A program made the translations under genes and the position numbers. Positions 49,070 to 59,860 of a stretch of DNA of 64,000 nucleotides are shown piece after piece. Where the stretch lies: positions 992,001 through 1,056,000 of the forward strand of contig CDRNVI010000030.1 of the NCBI GenBank assembly GCA_977017575.1, written 5' to 3'. Source of the stretch: Paramoeba atlantica (taxonomy: Eukaryota; Protista; Discosea). The stretch's first letter is position 1, and every line of letters starts with the position of its first letter. Under the pieces are notes generated by a model. The model had not been told where the DNA came from and searched no databases. It worked only from the letters and a program-made list of their open reading frames with translations.

Positions 49070-50284
49070 CTATCTTTGAAAGTAACCCTGGGACCCATAT
49101 GGCATTTGAGGACGCCGTTTGGCGTCAAAATTTATAGACTCATTCAGTTCGCCGTGATACGTCGCATACTGTACTTCTGAATAGTTGCGCGGATCATAAA
49201 TATTTTCCCCATACAAGTGATACCCCATTGGTGGGGGCGGCGCAAGATTCGGACCTTGAGGGGTAACTATAGAAGCGTTGATCATGTTTGGGGGCACAAC
49301 CGTAGGGTTGGGAATCCATTGCCCTACTGACATCGGAGGAGAATGTAGTTCCAGGGAGTGTGTAATAAAGGGAATTCCAGGTTGAAATGCCGTCTGAGAA
49401 ATAGCTGTAGAAAGCGGGGACTTGGTTTTGTACACGTTCTCAACATTAGTAGAGGTGGACTCTTTCACAGCTTCACAAGTGACAGAAGACTGTGTCTCCT
49501 CCCGAGTTGAGGATTGTGGTAGCCGAAAGCCCTTCGTCCGGGCCTTGTCTACGACTGAATCCTTCGACTGACTTTCCTGATCTAGAATAAGAGAGTCGCA
49601 CGCCGCTCGTGTACTCGCATCGCTGCAGGAGGTGCCCTTCACAGATTGATCGCACTGTGGTTGAACCCCGATTTTCATGTGCTTTCTCGCTTCATCAGCG
49701 CTGTTTAGTGAGCTGCGTACGACCTGGGTTTCCGAGGCAACACCAGCTGTTCCAGAACTAGAAGGTTGAAGGCTACCGCAAATTCGAAGGCGTTGTTTCA
49801 GATCATGTGTCCAGCGATGGTGGTAGTATGCTTGTTGCGGTGTAATTGTCGATATGTTGCGCCGTACGGCCACCACGGAGCTTAGCATTTCCAGACGGCG
49901 TCGATAAAGTTCCCCGGCTACAATGGTGAAGAACACGGAATCATCAAGAGTACCGTGTAGTTGCTTTACTTTTTCTTCTAACGCATCGACACAGAGAACA
50001 GGGCGGTCTTGACCGCTAGGTTTCGGGATCATTTCCATTTCTACCCGTTGGGAGCGAAGCAACCAATAAAATGAATTGGAGTTTAGAACTGCATGTGGAG
50101 CCCTGTGACACAAATAAACGAAAAGGAACACCTTTTCTTCGCGCAATATAGAGTCTAAATTCTCATTCAAGTCATGAAAGAAGTCTGGGAGCGAATCCAG
50201 ATCAACGAAACACACATGACGCAAACCACTTCTTCGAACTGTGATCACACAATCATTATCTCTTTCTACATGAATATGCGACAT
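49070..50284 (-). CDS. Degenerate PIN/NYN-like N-terminal domain plus low-complexity Pro/Tyr tail
   Basis: CFVDLDSLPDFF...SFYWLLRSQRVEM...FFTIVAG aligns by eye with 11334-11933. Confidence 0.5.
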   Translation of the reverse strand: MSHIHVERDNDCVITVRRSGLRHVCFVDLDSLPDFFHDLNENLDSILREEKVFLFVYLCHRAPHAVLNSNSFYWLLRSQRVEMEMIPKPSGQDRPVLCVDALEEKVKQLHGTLDDSVFFTIVAGELYRRRLEMLSSVVAVRRNISTITPQQAYYHHRWTHDLKQRLRICGSLQPSSSGTAGVASETQVVRSSLNSADEARKHMKIGVQPQCDQSVKGTSCSDASTRAACDSLILDQESQSKDSVVDKARTKGFRLPQSSTREETQSSVTCEAVKESTSTNVENVYKTKSPLSTAISQTAFQPGIPFITHSLELHSPPMSVGQWIPNPTVVPPNMINASIVTPQGPNLAPPPPMGYHLYGENIYDPRNYSEVQYATYHGELNESINFDAKRRPQMPYGSQGYFQR

Positions 50285-50813
50285 TCTACAATGGACCTAT
50301 ATACATTAGTTAGAAATGTTTTTTATACTTTCGTGGCCTGCTTATTTTACGCTTTTCTTAATTTTTTACGCTGTATTTGTTTCTCTTTTTGTGCCTTAAC
50401 TGTATGTACTCGTATAGTAAGTGCGACGCATACATGTATTTGCATGTAGATATACAGGGGGGGGGGGAACGGACAAGGTCAGCATTTTAGCGTCCCGAGG
50501 GTTTTGAGCTGATTTTGTTGCAAACGAGAGATCTCGTTCTGAATATCGTGTCTACGCTATTTGGTGCCCGCTTCTACTAATCAAATATTTTTTACCTACA
50601 AAATACTGAAATTCGGGGCAAAATGTTTTGCAAGTACCGAAAATTGTAAAAAAGGCACTTGTTTCTGGGTATGCAAAAGATTCCCTAAACTGGATAAAAT
50701 ACAAGACCTGTAGGGGGGTACATATTATTGACGGGTACATGTCGGATAGTATTTGATGCGTCCTGGGAATGCGTTCCTTGAGAGTCCAACAATAACAAAA
50801 ATAGCTGTGAGGC

Positions 50814-52400
50814 TTATGAAACTTTAGACAATAAAACACTTTTATTACACAAAATTGCTACATTTAGAAGAATAGGAAGCAAAGTAAATCTCAATTCGCT
50901 CGAGGATAACACGACAGCTTGATTCCCCCATGTCTTCTCCCAGCTCATAGGGTATCCTTCTTTTTCCCAAAAAGCAAGTACCGTGTCGTAAACCGCACGT
51001 ATCACAGAAAAATGGGACAATGTATCGTAACAAATGCCCGTTCTATTATCCCGATACCGAAAGAAAATATCATGCTCAAAAAAATTCCAAGAATTCTTTG
51101 ACATGCAGTTATTGATCCATTCTCTTGAGTTTATATGGACAGTACATGTCACAATCTTCTTGGACTTGTTTGTTGCCTGACTCTCATTATGATGTATGGG
51201 ATAAGCATTCCTATTATTTTGACCGGGTGAATCAACCACTCTTCGGGCAGCAAAATCGTCGCGATATTGACCAGAAAGATACACTCTTATTTCGTATGGA
51301 AGACTATACATTTCTTTAGAATTATGATTGCCATCGTATTTATATTTTGTGTGTTCAGTATTTTTTCTAGAATGATCTGTTTCTGAATTGTTCGATTGCT
51401 TTTCCATTCGCAGACTATTTAAGAATTTTATGGTATCAAAATTTCTCCAAGATACATAACCAAGCTCAACAAGGTCGGCAGTTTTTGGATGCGCGTAGAT
51501 CGAGCTGTATTCTTCAGAGCTCATTGGAAAAGTAATTAACGTATTCGATGAACACTTCTTATACCATGTCTTAGTCTTGGTGGAACACAGAATGTCATTT
51601 CGTCTTCCAGAGAACTGCGCATCACACTTGGTCCTTCTTTTAAGCAAGTACTCATCAGCTGATTGCTCCGACTCATCACAATTTCTGTCCCCAAGTGTGT
51701 TGATGTTTAGCTCCCGGACCTCAGCAGCATGCGCTAGGCGTTTTTCTTGAGTAATTGGCTCCTTGTGCTTCAAGTCAGAATGTTTTTCTCTAATATTTCC
51801 AGTATGCCATCTTTCTGCTGCGACGGAAGCTGCTAGTGTGTGGTAACGAGATGATTTTCGCTCTTGGCAATCTCGATTTCTCCCAAGAAAATACGATTGC
51901 TTCTCCGTTTTTCTACTGCCCTTTTTCTCCTCTTCACGCTTTCGCTTAAGCCGTTTTTGAATAATTCGATCCAAACGTTCCTTTTTTGATTTCTGTTCTC
52001 TTTCAGGTTCACCCGAGTCACTCGATGTGCTCGAATTTGTTAAACCATTTTTTTGCACCAATGTCCTATCAACACCACGCACCTCGTCATCGAAGTCGCT
52101 GTCATAGCTATCATATGCAGCACTTGAATTGCTTGCGCTATATTCTGAATCGTTCCCGGAACTGTTTTTTAAAGAGTCTTCTCTATCTCCCGAACTAGAC
52201 TCACTGCTTTCTTCAATTTTTAATCCAGAGAAAAGACTTTTCTCGTACCTTGATCCCTCTTTTACCTTTTCAAGTAATGCACCGAGGCGAGCACCCCGTT
52301 GACTGCGGGCAGGAAGAACTCTTCTTAGAGGAGATACAGAAAGCTCATCATCAGAACAAAAAGTAGCCGTAGATGTCGAGTAGGACTCTTCTGACGTCAT
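50814..52400 (-). CDS. VPS72: SWR1 complex subunit VPS72/YL1/SWC2
   Basis: ARSQRGARLGALL, YDSDFDDE, TQEKRL..AAEVRELNI.TL and C-terminal YRDNRTGICYDT...F..IRAVY (YL1_C). Confidence 0.8.
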   Translation of the reverse strand: MTSEESYSTSTATFCSDDELSVSPLRRVLPARSQRGARLGALLEKVKEGSRYEKSLFSGLKIEESSESSSGDREDSLKNSSGNDSEYSASNSSAAYDSYDSDFDDEVRGVDRTLVQKNGLTNSSTSSDSGEPEREQKSKKERLDRIIQKRLKRKREEEKKGSRKTEKQSYFLGRNRDCQERKSSRYHTLAASVAAERWHTGNIREKHSDLKHKEPITQEKRLAHAAEVRELNINTLGDRNCDESEQSADEYLLKRRTKCDAQFSGRRNDILCSTKTKTWYKKCSSNTLITFPMSSEEYSSIYAHPKTADLVELGYVSWRNFDTIKFLNSLRMEKQSNNSETDHSRKNTEHTKYKYDGNHNSKEMYSLPYEIRVYLSGQYRDDFAARRVVDSPGQNNRNAYPIHHNESQATNKSKKIVTCTVHINSREWINNCMSKNSWNFFEHDIFFRYRDNRTGICYDTLSHFSVIRAVYDTVLAFWEKEGYPMSWEKTWGNQAVVLSSSELRFTLLPILLNVAILCNKSVLLSKVS

Positions 52401-52499
52401 CAAACAAAGTTTACACCGTATTATTCACGAGATTGACTTGAACCATTGCTTTCGAGATAGTCAAAGTATGAAAATTTCAAGGGGCATAGAGCTTGAAAC

Positions 52500-54250
52500 A
52501 TAATCTTGAAATATGCGCTGAAATTCTTGGCCCGAACAATTACCCAATGTGATATTTCACATTCAAGTACGTATAATGGCCTCTCATTTTTCAATGTTTT
52601 TTCACTATTTTTTACGAGTCAATTTGGGATAGGCAGTGAAAATATAGTTAAAAGAGGTGCTTTGTTTTGTAATCCCCTTTTTCTGTCGCATGCGTCTACG
52701 AAAGTACTAATTTCCAAAGGTCCCAGAAAAACTCTTTTTTCAATCAATTAAAAAAAAATACCAAACCTTTCTAAAAAAAGTGATTTTTTGCTCCATTTTC
52801 ACTGCCTTTGACCCGTCAATTTAGTTAAGTTTAGTCCAGAAACTAAACAAATCATAAAAAATGTGCATATGAAGGTAGGAGAAACTAAACAAACATTTAC
52901 TATTTATTAGAAAACCCCTATATATTTTTGTTTCGCCTTTTTCGCTCTTTTTGACGTGAGTGCAAATCTCTGTTGCGTGTATCCTTTCCGCCTGATTCTT
53001 TTGCTTTAGCTGAGCGTTCGTTGATTTAAAGTACGTCCTCTGTGACTTTGACCCCTGCGCAGAACATTTTCCTATCCGGCTAACGCCTTTTTGGTAACGC
53101 CTCTTGAGGGGTTGAAGAAGTTCATCCAATTGATTGATCCTCTGCGGACCAAGAAAAGTTCCTCAATGCAATTATCATTGTTGGAACAAATATTAAACGA
53201 CATAGGATTACAGGGGGGAATGAAGTTGTGTCAACAAAAGCCCAGACAGAAATCTGTGCTAAAAAAATAAAAATGCGCCGCAAGCGAAATTCTCCTTCTT
53301 GATTAAATTTTTATATCTTTTCTCTGAAGTTTGTGTTCTTTTTAGTTTTATTTGGGAAAATGCTCTGCCACTGCCATCCCGCTGATGGTACAGACGCCGA
53401 CCAACTAGTTCTCCGAAAGCTTTTGACACCTTCAAAACGGGGAACCTGACTTAACCTTTTAGGTACGAATCTTAGGAAATAGGTGATTTTGATATTAACC
53501 CGCCGACGCTTTAATAACAAACCTCTTGGGGCGGACACTTTAATATCAAAATTACCAGCTTAATATCAAACTTTGATTTTGATATTGGAGTGACCCCCGG
53601 TTTATACCAACAATTTCGTACTTGTGATCGTCCTTGGACATATCATAACTGTGTATGCGGTCGTATTACCCTCACGCGGCTCGGGGCAACATCCATTCAT
53701 TTAAAAGACACGCATAGCTGAACTTTTGTGTTTATCTCCACGAACGTACATCATTTCTTATGTGTCTTGCGAGCAACAGGCCCCCGGTGAGAATAATTGC
53801 GCTGTTCACGTCGTGAACAACTTGTACCGTCCTTCGTTCAACAATGACGCGAAAGATGTCTTGTCCGAAATATCTTTCGAAATTGTTCGAAATATCCTTT
53901 TGAGATATTTTTGACCCGGCGACTTAAGCCCAATTTTCGGTCAAAACCCGGTTGCGTTTAAGTGGGAGCGGACAGTATCATAAAAAGCTACTCAAGCACC
54001 GATCCCGACCGATCCCACCCGATAAGTGACAGGGTCCTCCAGGTTTCATCCCTCTTACTCTCGAACTTTGATCGAAATGGCTTCCGATTGAACATCCAGG
54101 ACATTGGTCCAAACTTTTCGGAACTTGCTTCTGGGGGGGGCACGAGAATTCGGATGGAGGGGACGCGGTACAAAATTCAACTCGGGAACGAGTTCCAGTG
54201 GCAATGCGTAAATCACCGTCGGTAGTGGGTGACACTGGAAGGTGTGCACA
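52500..54250. mobile_element. Degenerate repeat/transposon relic, includes the empty-site homologue of the hAT target
   Basis: Clustered inverted AATATCAAA sites at 53487-53586. CGAAATATC repeats. 53911-53961 is 41/51 identical to 15682-15732. Confidence 0.45.
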
Positions 54251-54627
54251 TCAATACCATAGAATGTGCTAATTCAATGGGGAAGAAGAGATAGGAGCCT
54301 GAAGCGAGTGTTTTAAAGGGAAGAAAAAAGAGTGCAAGCAATCACCGAAAAGTGCAACGCGAGTCTCCGCTATGGAAGGGAAGTATTGCTGCTTGTTCTT
54401 CAAATTTTACAAGAAAAGCGCACTTGGATTCATTTTACGTTAAGTATCTCAAGGAAACAGTAGCTATTAAAGCAATAAGGATGGAACTTTAATTATTTCA
54501 TTACTCATGTTTACCAGAAAAGTAGTGACAAATAATTAACGGGGACAGTTCAATGAAAAGAGGGCAAGTCCAACAAGCTTCCTGATTAGATTAAGGAAGA
54601 TCCTTTTAGTTTCTGTTACACTAGTGT

Positions 54628-55776
54628 TCAACATAAACATCGGCGATGAACAATATCAGGCCCATCTTCCATGTATTCTAGCCTAGACACTTGATAAGAA
54701 ATGAATGTTTTTAGTTGAGAGGCGATGGACCCTCCAGTCCAGACCGTGTACTCTGGGTGAAGAGAATCACAAAAAATATCTGGACGAAACTGTATTGATT
54801 CGTTTCCCCTAAAAGCCCCTCTTGTAAGAAATGAAGGAGTCCAAGGCGCTTGAAGCTCAAAGCGCAACCGCGGAATCATTCCTCGAATGGCAGATCCTCC
54901 TCCACAAACTACTATACTAGGTGAAGTTTCCAAATTTAGTTCAGACGGAGTATCCGACATGCCTAGACGAATTAATTCCGTCAAGGAGAGCGCCTCAAGA
55001 TCTATACCTTTTCGAGCAGGAGACATTTTGCTACTAGTGTGTGAGAAGTACAATTCTCGAATTGATTGGCCCAGTCCGCATGGATAACATATTTTGTTCC
55101 CATCCGGCAGCTGCAAAGCATAGTTTTGCTGTTCACAACAATCGGGCGAACTCACGTGTGAGTTTACGTTAGGTTCTAAAGTCGTTCCTTTCTTCATCGT
55201 ACACAATTTCTTTTTTATGAAGTGCAAGTTTGTCGGATCAGCAGAAACTTTATCCACGTTCCTTAAGATGAGTTTATCCACTGCATGACCGGATATGGAC
55301 TGACTGGATTTGGTGTATCCATGCTGGACTACAGCTTCCTGTACCTTACTGACACGAGCGCTAGTATAACCTAAATCACAAACTAGCGAGGAACGTCGTC
55401 CATGCGCAAGTGATGCCAACAAAGGACTAAAGCAAAGAGAAACGTGTGGAGCCGCTGCCACTTCAAAATAGTGCTGACAAAGTCTCGAGATTTCAATGTA
55501 GCTAGGAAGTGGATCAATCGGAAGCGACGCCAAAATACCACCTTCATAGTGAATCGGAGTGGTTTGTCTTTTCTTTCTAACTGCAGTAGCGGAAGTAGAG
55601 CTGGATTCATTGAAGTCTATGTGTCGCAGTTGCTTTACAAGGTTATCGTCGGTAAAAAGCTGAAATGTGGGTGAATCCTGAGCGTCAGAACTTTGTACGA
55701 GTTCGACAACTTCAGGATAATCGTTCATTGAACCACACCTTAATTCGTAGCGACCTTGGTCTATTATGTAGGGCAT
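54628..55776 (-). CDS. Actin-related protein, ARP4-like
   Basis: IIDQG....RCG, AHGRRSSLVCDLG, LPDGN, IVVCGG.S...G...RL..EL and VWTGGSI...EY.EDGPDIVHRRC. Confidence 0.8.
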   Translation of the reverse strand: MPYIIDQGRYELRCGSMNDYPEVVELVQSSDAQDSPTFQLFTDDNLVKQLRHIDFNESSSTSATAVRKKRQTTPIHYEGGILASLPIDPLPSYIEISRLCQHYFEVAAAPHVSLCFSPLLASLAHGRRSSLVCDLGYTSARVSKVQEAVVQHGYTKSSQSISGHAVDKLILRNVDKVSADPTNLHFIKKKLCTMKKGTTLEPNVNSHVSSPDCCEQQNYALQLPDGNKICYPCGLGQSIRELYFSHTSSKMSPARKGIDLEALSLTELIRLGMSDTPSELNLETSPSIVVCGGGSAIRGMIPRLRFELQAPWTPSFLTRGAFRGNESIQFRPDIFCDSLHPEYTVWTGGSIASQLKTFISYQVSRLEYMEDGPDIVHRRCLC

Positions 55777-55876
55777 ACAAAAACTGGTCTTCCTAAAATA
55801 TTATGAATAAAAAATAACTAATTAAAAAAAAGTAATTAAAATAACTTCCCTAAGGTGTATCAGCTACTGAAAGTTC

Positions 55877-57118
55877 GGTGAAATTAAAGCAAAATTCGCC
55901 TTTTTTGAAAAAAAAAGGAAAGTCGTCCGCACTAAAAATAATTGTATTCTTTTTGTATCGTATCATGTATTTCCACTTTTTCCTTTATTTTTCAGATTCA
56001 TTTTTCAGATTCAGACTCCTCAACTCCAACACATGCCCTGTGAAGGATGCAACGGTTTCGCTTGCCGAGGAAATCTCACTTTGAGCAAAGTTTCTGTGTG
56101 GAGCGAATCGAAATGCAGGGAGTGGTTAAGAACCCATAAGTTGGTGGCTCAGAAGGTTGTATGTTATAAAAGACTACACAAGGCGCCCTATACTATGCAC
56201 GTCACTGACGGGAAATGGAGGTGGACTAAAAAATACAAAGGAATGTACGCCACCTTAGGACCTCTCGTACCTGGAAGGGCACAAAGAAGTGCAAAGCAAA
56301 CATTAAAGTACATAATTTTGTACGTTCGTGGTGGACGACATTCGGATTCGGCAGCGGAGACAGAACTTAGTCTGCAGACCATTGTGTCTCTAAGGCAATG
56401 GATGGATGGCATGATGGCCACAGCTCATGTTCGCCGACGTATCAGGAATCGCGGCAGCGTTGCTTCAATGCAATGCGATGAGACATTTTTTTCTGTACGG
56501 AAACGTCACCGAGGTTCTCATGGTGCAAGACGGGTGCGAGATGATGGTACAGAAGTTGCACAGACAATTGCTGTGACTACTCGAGCGAACAATTTATCTG
56601 AAATGTTCATGGAAGTTGTACCTGATCGTAAGGCAAGCACGTTACTTCCTCGAATTGAAGATCTGGCGAGCGGGGGGAGGACACGAATTTGGACCGACGG
56701 GGCGCGTCACAATATCCGCCTTGGTGGACGCTATAAGTGGAATAGCGTGAACCACCGCCGAGAATGGATAACAGAAGAGGGTGTCCACACGAACACTGTG
56801 GAGTGCGCGAATTCGGTGGCGAAGAAGAGACTTAATGGAGAAGGAAACGTATTAGGAAGGAAAAAGGATAAACGGGCAGATCGTGTGCAAGCCAATGCTG
56901 AAAAATGCAACGACAGCCTACGGTACAATGGCGGCGATGTAATGCTGCGCATCCTACAGAATCTACAACATCATTGTCATTGTATTCATTTGTAAGTCTT
57001 GTCCAAGTATTTAAGTAGAAAACTAGAAGCGGAAAGTGTTGATTTCATTGCACAAAATTTTTGAAAACCGGAAAAAAACATTTTTTTAAAAAAAAGCGAA
57101 TTTTGCTTTAATTTAACC
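55877..57118 (+). mobile_element. Merlin DNA transposon, second copy
   Basis: Same TIRs as 26970-28210. The right flank carries GGAAAATG; the left flank does not. Confidence 0.93.
56033..56995 (+). CDS. Merlin DDE transposase (intact, 320 aa)
   Basis: Nine amino-acid differences from 27126-28088. DDE triad intact. Confidence 0.92.
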   Translation: MPCEGCNGFACRGNLTLSKVSVWSESKCREWLRTHKLVAQKVVCYKRLHKAPYTMHVTDGKWRWTKKYKGMYATLGPLVPGRAQRSAKQTLKYIILYVRGGRHSDSAAETELSLQTIVSLRQWMDGMMATAHVRRRIRNRGSVASMQCDETFFSVRKRHRGSHGARRVRDDGTEVAQTIAVTTRANNLSEMFMEVVPDRKASTLLPRIEDLASGGRTRIWTDGARHNIRLGGRYKWNSVNHRREWITEEGVHTNTVECANSVAKKRLNGEGNVLGRKKDKRADRVQANAEKCNDSLRYNGGDVMLRILQNLQHHCHCIHL

Positions 57119-57674
57119 GGAAAATGTATGGGTTCAAATGGATAACGCCACAACCCATAATTTGGCAAAGCGTGAGCTTATAAACTATACAATTCCTCTT
57201 ATGAATTGGTCACCCAACTCTCCAGATCTCAATCCTATTGAGAACGTTTGGAGCGTGATGAACAAATTGTACAAAAAAAATTTAAGCCACACAACTATGT
57301 AACCCTGACAAAGGCCATAGAAAAGGCGTTTAATGCTCTAAAACGGGCCCCACACAAACAAAAAGTGTTGAATTCCATCAATTCTGTTCCCAAACGTATG
57401 CAAATAGTTATTCAGACCAATGGGGAGCACTGCGGATATTGATACTTTTTCCTTTTTTCTCATTTTATCATTAAAAGGGTGATTTTTTTCTGGATGTCTA
57501 ATGTACCATTTTTTTGTTTTTGGTCTACTTTGGGGTCACCACCAGAGCACCAGGGTCCCTATGAAAAAAAGGCGGCAAAGCTCTTCGCTAGGGGAACGAG
57601 ATCTCTCGAATGCTGCAAAAATGAGCAAAAACGGATAAAAAAATTGACATTTGCCAGGCCGGGGGCACACTTCT
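57119..57674 (+). mobile_element. Right half of the Tc1 element (no MITE; last 11 bp of TIR missing)
   Basis: Collinear with 28211-29099 minus the MITE. Encodes DNATTH...SPDLNPIENVW. Confidence 0.9.
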
Positions 57675-58782
57675 TCAACAAATCAATTCCCAAGAAAAAT
57701 AAATCTACACTGCATGTTCATGGTCGTGTTGATTTACCCAATCGATGAGCATTTCATCTCACTGGCATGGCCACAAAAAGGCGTTTTATAGACCAGATCC
57801 AAATTTCCCTACTTTCAAAAAAAAAAACAGTAATGCGCGAACTTGTTTACTTGTCCGGAGGCAAGGTCTGACTGTGAGCTTAGCCCACGTCAGCGACACT
57901 TGTAACAGGTGAGTAAAAGAAATGACACTTGTAACAAACGGGTACACAAGATTTTTTTTTGTTTACCCGTTTGCAATCAAAGGCAAACTCTGAGCGTAGC
58001 CCTCAAATGTTTTTTTTCGCGCACCTACGTTGCTGCGTGCCAGATATGATGGAAGTTGATCTTGCTTACCTGTCTACTCCATATAAAGAAAATGAGGAAA
58101 CTATTCCCGTTTTTTGATACATTACACGTATTAATGATAGTGGTAAGCTCAAAAACATAAATAGCATTTCAAAATCGATTTGTTTTTGCAAATTTTGTAT
58201 ATATTATATAAACTCCCACCCCCCGCTCCTACCCCAGTTAGCGCACTCCGCGACTGTACCAATTCGGTACCGCCGCTTGCACTATCTGGACATTGCCCTT
58301 CTGGATGGCTACTCCCATAGCCATCAGAAGGTGAGGGAGACATCCGGCCCTGTCGAATGTGTGTGCTCTGGCCACCCTATTCCCGTTAACGGAAACTTTA
58401 TTCCCTTCTGTTCTCCGTTTTCAAACCATACGAACACTAAAAGCAGTCGTCCCTGATCAGGTGAATTTACTATTGAGCGAATTCTCCTGCCCACCGGAGC
58501 ATTTGTAAAAGCAAACTATCCCATGCGAATCACGGACCAAGACTCTTTGCTGACCAGGCGCGTACCAGAGAATACTGGGAAAACACACCACATTCATCCG
58601 AGACAAGAATAAGTTCTGTCGAGTTTCATTAATCTCCCATCGAGGTGGTCATTGCCCGATACGGCGGCCCGATGCGGTGCCAAGGGTTCGGCGAACCATC
58701 CGTTAGAGAGTGTATCGTACAAACGTTTTACAGACTTTTCCATATTCGTAAAGTTCCCACATTCACCAAAACAACAACAACT

Positions 58783-59598
58783 CTATGTCGCTATTCCTGA
58801 ATCTTTTCGAGGATAAATCCGCGGTGCTTTCGGAGGAGCATGACGGCGCTGATAAGTCCCGCAGTGTAGAAAAAAACCCACGGGATGAGGGACAATTTCA
58901 CTACCCTGAATGCGGAGACTTTGCAAGCTCTCAGGAAGAACTGTAAGATTCATGATACTTGACAAACGATTTCCCCCAACGTGAAGTATGCGCAAGCCTT
59001 CATGTAATCGAGTAAAATCTGGTCGTCCAGAAAGATAGTTGTACTCCACGTTAAGTTCTCGTAATTTGGGAGGTAGGTCTGAAAGTTGAAGATTCGATGT
59101 AAATGTGTTATTCTGTAAAAGGATAACCTCAATTGCAGTGTGTGAAAGAGTTTGTAGAATGATCGGACCCGAGAAATGATTACATGACAGATTCAACTCG
59201 CGCAAACTCGGAGGTAGGACACTCCAATCCAATTTTCCAGAAAACAAATTAAACGAGAGATCCAACTTGCGCATTTCGCGTGGCAGATCGCCAAGAAACA
59301 CTCTCCCTGTAAAGGAATTACGTTGCAACTGTAACGTATCTAAGGAGACAGGCAAGAGATTCCAATGGAGTGCTCCGGACAGCTCAAGTATCCAGCATAG
59401 ACTAACGACCTGTTGAGCATCGTTGCAGGTGACTCCTCGCCATTTGCATACTGGCGTTGATTCTCCCCAAGATGTATGAAGTCCGGTGACGTTTCGAAGG
59501 AAGCTTAACAACCTCACTTCAGGGGTATCTGCACTTGGTGCCGTATTCAAAATAGAAAGTCGTTCTCTCGACGAAAAATGTTCGGGCGCTGTGCTCAT
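58783..59598 (-). CDS. Leucine-rich repeat protein (same family)
   Basis: WGESTPVCKWRGVTC cap and LP..L..L.L..N.FSG repeats. Confidence 0.88.
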   Translation of the reverse strand: MSTAPEHFSSRERLSILNTAPSADTPEVRLLSFLRNVTGLHTSWGESTPVCKWRGVTCNDAQQVVSLCWILELSGALHWNLLPVSLDTLQLQRNSFTGRVFLGDLPREMRKLDLSFNLFSGKLDWSVLPPSLRELNLSCNHFSGPIILQTLSHTAIEVILLQNNTFTSNLQLSDLPPKLRELNVEYNYLSGRPDFTRLHEGLRILHVGGNRLSSIMNLTVLPESLQSLRIQGSEIVPHPVGFFLHCGTYQRRHAPPKAPRIYPRKDSGIAT

Positions 59599-59719
59599 GA
59601 CCGATAAAAAGTGTTTAGTACAAACTGAAAGTGAACTGATAAAAAAAATAAGAACGAGAAGTGTGCAATAGTCTTTTTTGGTACTTTCCGCTTTCCCACC
59701 TTCTGCTTGCCCCTTTTCG

Positions 59720-59860
59720 CCCTCACCTACTTTCCCTTTACCGACTTCCCCTTACCGACTTTCCCCCTACCTGTTTTTAATGGAGTGCAGAAGTTCTTTT
59801 TTGCAGTACACAACGCTTTCCACACTTACTTACCACACTTACTTACACCCCCTTTTTTCA
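59720..59860. repeat. Degenerate pyrimidine-rich tandem repeats
   Basis: TTACCGACTT(T)CCCC repeated 2-3 times and CACACTTACTTAC twice. Confidence 0.6.

Noticed and set aside
50727-52820. 10-bp inverted pair (ATTGACGGGT/ACCCGTCAAT) flanking VPS72, as possible gene capture by a transposon
   Set aside because: It does not extend, no TSD was found, and chance is plausible.
59700-59860. C-rich tract as another skew island
   Set aside because: It is C/T-rich rather than C/A-rich, non-coding, and has no G/T-rich partner arm.
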